Shown here: positions 30,647 to 32,000 of the stretch, in pieces
Layout of the letters: each line of letters opens with the position of its first letter
How positions within the stretch are numbered: position 1 is the first letter of the stretch
From: Mycobacterium leprae TN
GTDB taxonomy: Bacteria > Actinomycetota > Actinomycetes > Mycobacteriales > Mycobacteriaceae
Length of the DNA stretch: 32,000 nt
Direction of reading: 5' to 3'
Assembly (NCBI RefSeq): GCF_000195855.1
Contig: NC_002677.1
Location: 3,180,001 to 3,212,000, forward strand
Made by a program: the position numbers and the translations under genes
The notes under the pieces: generated by a model
Seen by the model: the letters and a program-made list of their open reading frames with translations, nothing else
Told to the model about the DNA's origin: nothing
Databases searched by the model: none

Positions 30647-32000
30647 TTAACTACCTTGAGCAGCCGCCAACGCAGCATTGAACACGGCACTCGGACGCAT
30701 CACCGCCTTGGCCAGCTCAGCATCCGGTGCGTAGTAACCACCGATATCGACCGCCTTGCCTTGAGCCTCGTTGAGCTCGGCGACGATAGTGCATTCGTTC
30801 TTGGCCAACGTTTCGGCCAGTGGGGTGAAGTAGTTCCGCAGATGTTGGTCATCGGTTTGCGTGGCAAGCTCTTGAGCCCAGTACATGGCGAGGTAGAACT
30901 GGCTTCCACGGTTGTCGAGCTCACCGGCCTTGCGTGACGGACTCTTCCTGTTGTCCAGCAACTTTCCGGTTGCGACATCCAGCGTCTTAGCCAAGATTTT
31001 GGCCCTCTCATTGCCGGTCTTGATGCCCAGGTCTTCCAGGCTGACGGCCAGCGCGAGGAACTCACCCAGCGAGTCCCACCGCAGATGATTCTCTTCGACA
31101 AGCTGCTTGACGTGCTTGGGCGCCGATCCACCCGCCCCGGTTTCATACATCCCGCCACCGGCCATTAGCGGCACTATGGACAACATTTTGGCGCTGGTAC
31201 CTAACTCCAAGATCGGGAACAGATCGGTGAGGTAGTCCCGCAGGATGTTGCCAGTGGCGGCGATGGTATCTAGCCCGCGGATGAGGCGCTCGCACGTGTA
31301 ACGCATTGAGCGCACTTGCGACATGATCTGGATATCCAGGCCACTGGTGTCGTGGTCCTTCAGGTACGCCCGGACCTTTTTGATCAACTCATTCTCGTGT
31401 GGACGGTAAGGGTCCAACCAAAACAATACTGGCATGCCGGAGTTGCGCATACGGCTGACAGCCAGCTTGACCCAGTCGCGAATTGCTGCGTCGGTAACGA
31501 CGCATAGACGCCATATATCACCGGTTTCTACATTCTGGGTCAGCAGCACTTCGCCCGTCGTGAGGTCCACGATGTTGGCGACGCCGTCCTCGGGAATTTC
31601 GAATGTCTTGTCGTGCGAGCCGTACTCCTCAGCCTGTTGCGCCATGAGGCCAACGTTGGGGACGGTGCCCATAGTCGCCGGATCGAAAGCTCCGTTGGTC
31701 TTGCAGAAGTTGATGATTTCCTGGTAGATGCGGGAAAAGGTGGACTCGGGGTTCACGGCCTTGGTGTCCTTGGCCCGCCCGTCGGCGCCATACATCTTGC
31801 CTCCCGCACGGATCATCGCTGGCATCGACGCATCCACGATGACATCACTAGGCGAATAGAAGTTCGAAATTCCACGCGCTGAGTCGACCATAGCCAACTC
31901 GGGTCGGTGCTCGTGGCACGCATGTAGGTCTTGGATGATCTCATCGCGCTGCGATGCGGTCAGGGTCTCAATCTTGCTATAGAGATCGACTAACCCGTTG
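30647..32000 (-). CDS. icd2: NADP-dependent isocitrate dehydrogenase, monomeric type (5' end beyond window)
   Basis: '[87 protein letters not shown]' and '[26 protein letters not shown]' are typical of monomeric IDH. The frame stays open to 32000 ('[39 protein letters not shown]'). Confidence 0.96.
   Translation of the reverse strand, partial: NGLVDLYSKIETLTASQRDEIIQDLHACHEHRPELAMVDSARGISNFYSPSDVIVDASMPAMIRAGGKMYGADGRAKDTKAVNPESTFSRIYQEIINFCKTNGAFDPATMGTVPNVGLMAQQAEEYGSHDKTFEIPEDGVANIVDLTTGEVLLTQNVETGDIWRLCVVTDAAIRDWVKLAVSRMRNSGMPVLFWLDPYRPHENELIKKVRAYLKDHDTSGLDIQIMSQVRSMRYTCERLIRGLDTIAATGNILRDYLTDLFPILELGTSAKMLSIVPLMAGGGMYETGAGGSAPKHVKQLVEENHLRWDSLGEFLALAVSLEDLGIKTGNERAKILAKTLDVATGKLLDNRKSPSRKAGELDNRGSQFYLAMYWAQELATQTDDQHLRNYFTPLAETLAKNECTIVAELNEAQGKAVDIGGYYAPDAELAKAVMRPSAVFNAALAAAQGS

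Noticed and set aside
1-32000. CRISPR arrays, rRNA/tRNA genes, prophage genes, RLEP-type repeat copies
   Set aside because: No regularly spaced repeats, no convincing tRNA T-loop/acceptor pairing, no phage-like genes and no RLEP-like sequence recognised by eye; covariance-model and repeat searches were not possible.

Overview
This 32 kb window looks like Mycobacterium leprae-group DNA (M. leprae or M. lepromatosis; I cannot separate them by eye). It has a few intact genes set in heavily decayed sequence; roughly 46% lies in eight ORFs I judge intact. Intact genes are: a pepA-like serine protease (-), fadD7-like acyl-CoA/oxalyl-CoA-type ligase (-), oxyS-like LysR regulator (-), L,D-transpeptidase ldtA (+), a divergent NRAMP-family transporter (-), an OafA/SGNH acyltransferase (-), the giant P-type ATPase ctpI (+), and the 5'-truncated monomeric isocitrate dehydrogenase icd2 (-). 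Recognisable pseudogenes are treS (-), fusA2 (+), oxcA (+), an O-methyltransferase (+), an acyl-CoA synthetase (+) apparently split by a ~1.6 kb segment carrying a decayed gene of a conserved but unnamed family, and a second acyl-CoA synthetase (-). The main observations are: (1) the N-terminal third of CtpI reads as a degenerate second P-type ATPase module, with PEGLP->PRAAH, DKTG->DGAA and GDGANDAA replaced; (2) the NRAMP protein has non-canonical metal-site motifs, with DPGN->DAGG and MPH->APW; (3) a perfect 25-bp-arm hairpin abuts the NRAMP stop codon; (4) fadD7 is retained while its neighbour oxcA is dead; (5) the fadD pseudogene is interrupted. I found no phage, CRISPR, rRNA or convincing multi-gene novel system.
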